Below, piece after piece: positions 27,354 to 28,943 of a DNA stretch of 28,943 nucleotides (its first letter is position 1; every line of letters begins with the position of its first letter). The notes under the pieces are model-generated. The model made no database searches, was not told the origin of the DNA, and saw only the letters and a program-made list of their open reading frames with translations. Location: IMG/VR virus record IMGVR_UViG_3300024329_000043, positions 1 to 28,943 of that record; one strand, written 5' to 3'. Both the position numbers and the translations under genes were made by a program. The stretch comes from a virus (taxonomy: Duplodnaviria > Caudoviricetes).

Positions 27354-27635
27354 TTAAATACTATTTAATGTTATAAAATTATCTAAAGCTGTTTTTTGTT
27401 CTGCTGTCATAGAATCATAATCTAATTCTTCAAAACTTTTTGGAATACCATCAGTAATTTCATAAAATTTCATTATTCTTTTTATAGGTTGACTAACATT
27501 TACTGTTGTCAAGTCCTGTGTATCAATAAACATTGATTCAAAAACAGGATCATTTAATTCTATTTCTTCTTGTTGTTCCATTTCAGAATCATATCTGTAT
27601 ACAACTTTTTCTATTATATCAAATTTTTCTGTCAT
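27354..27635 (-). CDS. Small acidic hypothetical protein (possible fibre chaperone/accessory)
   Basis: 93 aa, overlaps the upstream stop by 1 nt, ends ELDYDSMTAEQKTALDNF. Confidence 0.55.
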   Translation of the reverse strand: MTEKFDIIEKVVYRYDSEMEQQEEIELNDPVFESMFIDTQDLTTVNVSQPIKRIMKFYEITDGIPKSFEELDYDSMTAEQKTALDNFITLNSI

Positions 27636-28939
27636 TATATTAAAATATTTCCTTGTGAATCACTTGTATTTGTTATACCTTGACTTATATTAGCTGTATT
27701 TACAGGAGTTGTTGAACCCTCAAATGAATTATTTGCATATTTCCACGTTGAACCTCCTGCTCCACCATATCCATTAATGCAATAAGCTGAAGAATTTGTT
27801 ACTTTAAACGATGAATTTACAATTTCTAATTCTAAAAGCACATTTGAAGTTGTACAATGTCCTCCTGCATTGTCCCATTTACAAACTACTGTTGAATTGT
27901 AAAGATTAGGTCTAAAAGTTGTTATGCTTGAAGATGATGCAACGTAACAATTATAAAGTGCTCTTGTTCCTGTACCACTAAATGCATAGTTTGAAGATGA
28001 TATTAAAGTTGAGTTATGAAAATCGCCTTGTCCACCAACACCACTTGTTGAAATACCAACACAATTCCTACCGCTTGTACACGCTATACCAAAACTACTT
28101 GTACTTATTCCAACACAATTTGTTAGTCTTTGACCGCTCAATCCTTTTGAACTTACAGACTTACCTATTGAGTCGTAAACTTCCCCATTGCAAAAAATAC
28201 CTATACCATTAGTACTTATCCCAACAGAATTATAAACTCGTCCTGCACCATTAAAAATAGCATTTCCGTTAATAACTTTTGCGTAACAATTAACTGTTTC
28301 TCCAGCTGCAACATATATTGCCTCACCAGTTGAACCTGTACATTCTATATTAGTGTCGTATATATTTGTTGACGCAAAAGGGTTATAAACACCTCTATAA
28401 ACTGCTGTAATGTTAAATCCGTATAATGAACCTGCTCCCCATGTACCACTTCCGTAAGTGTTAATTAATTGACACCCATTTCCTTTTACAATTGCACCCG
28501 AACTATTATGTCGCAAACAATAACCATTTGCATTTAGTGATCTACCTGTTCTAATAATTGTAATATTATTTAAGAAAACAGTTCCAGTTGAATTAAAAGT
28601 AAAAGCGTGTGTGTCATCGTCAACACTCAGTTTATAAATATGTCCATTACCATTAATTGTAATGTCAGGTATTAGTGTAACTGTTGTTGAAGTTGTTTCT
28701 TCAATGTCAGCAAACATTTCAATAGTATCTCCTCCTGATGCTGCCGCCATTGCTAAATTAAGTGTAGCGTAATAAGTGTAAGTACCTGTAGCATCTGAAA
28801 TACCACAAATACCACCGCCACCACCACCGCCTCCTATAGCTACCCAAGCACTACCGTTGTAGTAGTAACTTATTCCTGTAGCATTATCAGTTGCCTTATC
28901 TGCTAATACAGCACTATGTACAGGAACAGCATTACACAT
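27635..28939 (-). CDS. Putative tailspike with right-handed beta-helix; may begin beyond the right window edge
   Basis: YATLNLAMAAASGGDTIEM cap motif then repeats NSVGIS/DSIGKS/NCVGIS/NCVGIS/NSTLIS; Gly8 linker; no in-frame stop upstream of 28939 inside the window. Confidence 0.65.
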   Translation of the reverse strand: MCNAVPVHSAVLADKATDNATGISYYYNGSAWVAIGGGGGGGGICGISDATGTYTYYATLNLAMAAASGGDTIEMFADIEETTSTTVTLIPDITINGNGHIYKLSVDDDTHAFTFNSTGTVFLNNITIIRTGRSLNANGYCLRHNSSGAIVKGNGCQLINTYGSGTWGAGSLYGFNITAVYRGVYNPFASTNIYDTNIECTGSTGEAIYVAAGETVNCYAKVINGNAIFNGAGRVYNSVGISTNGIGIFCNGEVYDSIGKSVSSKGLSGQRLTNCVGISTSSFGIACTSGRNCVGISTSGVGGQGDFHNSTLISSSNYAFSGTGTRALYNCYVASSSSITTFRPNLYNSTVVCKWDNAGGHCTTSNVLLELEIVNSSFKVTNSSAYCINGYGGAGGSTWKYANNSFEGSTTPVNTANISQGITNTSDSQGNILI

Positions 28940-28943
28940 ATAA

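Noticed and set aside
358-28212. Plus-strand ORFs in the track (e.g. 358-603, 1138-1350, 11733-12104, 27982-28212) and short nested minus-strand ORFs (1388-1579, 16956-17168)
   Set aside because: All lie within longer coherent minus-strand genes and look like antisense or off-frame shadows with no recognisable motifs
1-28943. Stop-codon reassignment as in some crAss-like phages
   Set aside because: Genes are full length in the standard code and TAG (12269, 18797) and TGA (17750, 19466, 19831, 22677) end genes at tight junctions

Overview
AT-rich bacteriophage DNA with all credible genes on the minus strand, densely packed and read with the standard code. Gene order and motifs indicate the virion-morphogenesis region of a crAss-like (Crassvirales-related) phage, probably with a Bacteroidota host (TAnnTTTG promoter element, A-rich leaders without Shine-Dalgarno). 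In transcription order (right to left): an array of putative fibre/adhesin genes (beta-helix, two-module fibre, triple LamG-like) with small acidic partner genes; a lysis block (permuted papain-like amidase, two holin-like genes, u-spanin candidate, Amidase_2 endolysin); a terminator and promoter, then wHTH, HU/IHF-like, Zn-finger and PD-(D/E)XK genes; terminase, portal, scaffold-like protein and major capsid protein; then a run of very cysteine-rich structural genes that includes a Dps/ferritin-like gene, an unannotated 41-aa Cys microprotein and two fibres sharing a Cys-rich N-terminal module. The most notable signals are the Cys-rich virion module next to a ferroxidase-like gene, a 13-bp hairpin with a dual-start motif on the holin-like gene, palindromic operator-like boxes at the promoter ahead of the wHTH gene, and the modular adhesin array. 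All product calls come from motif recognition and synteny; no database search was run.
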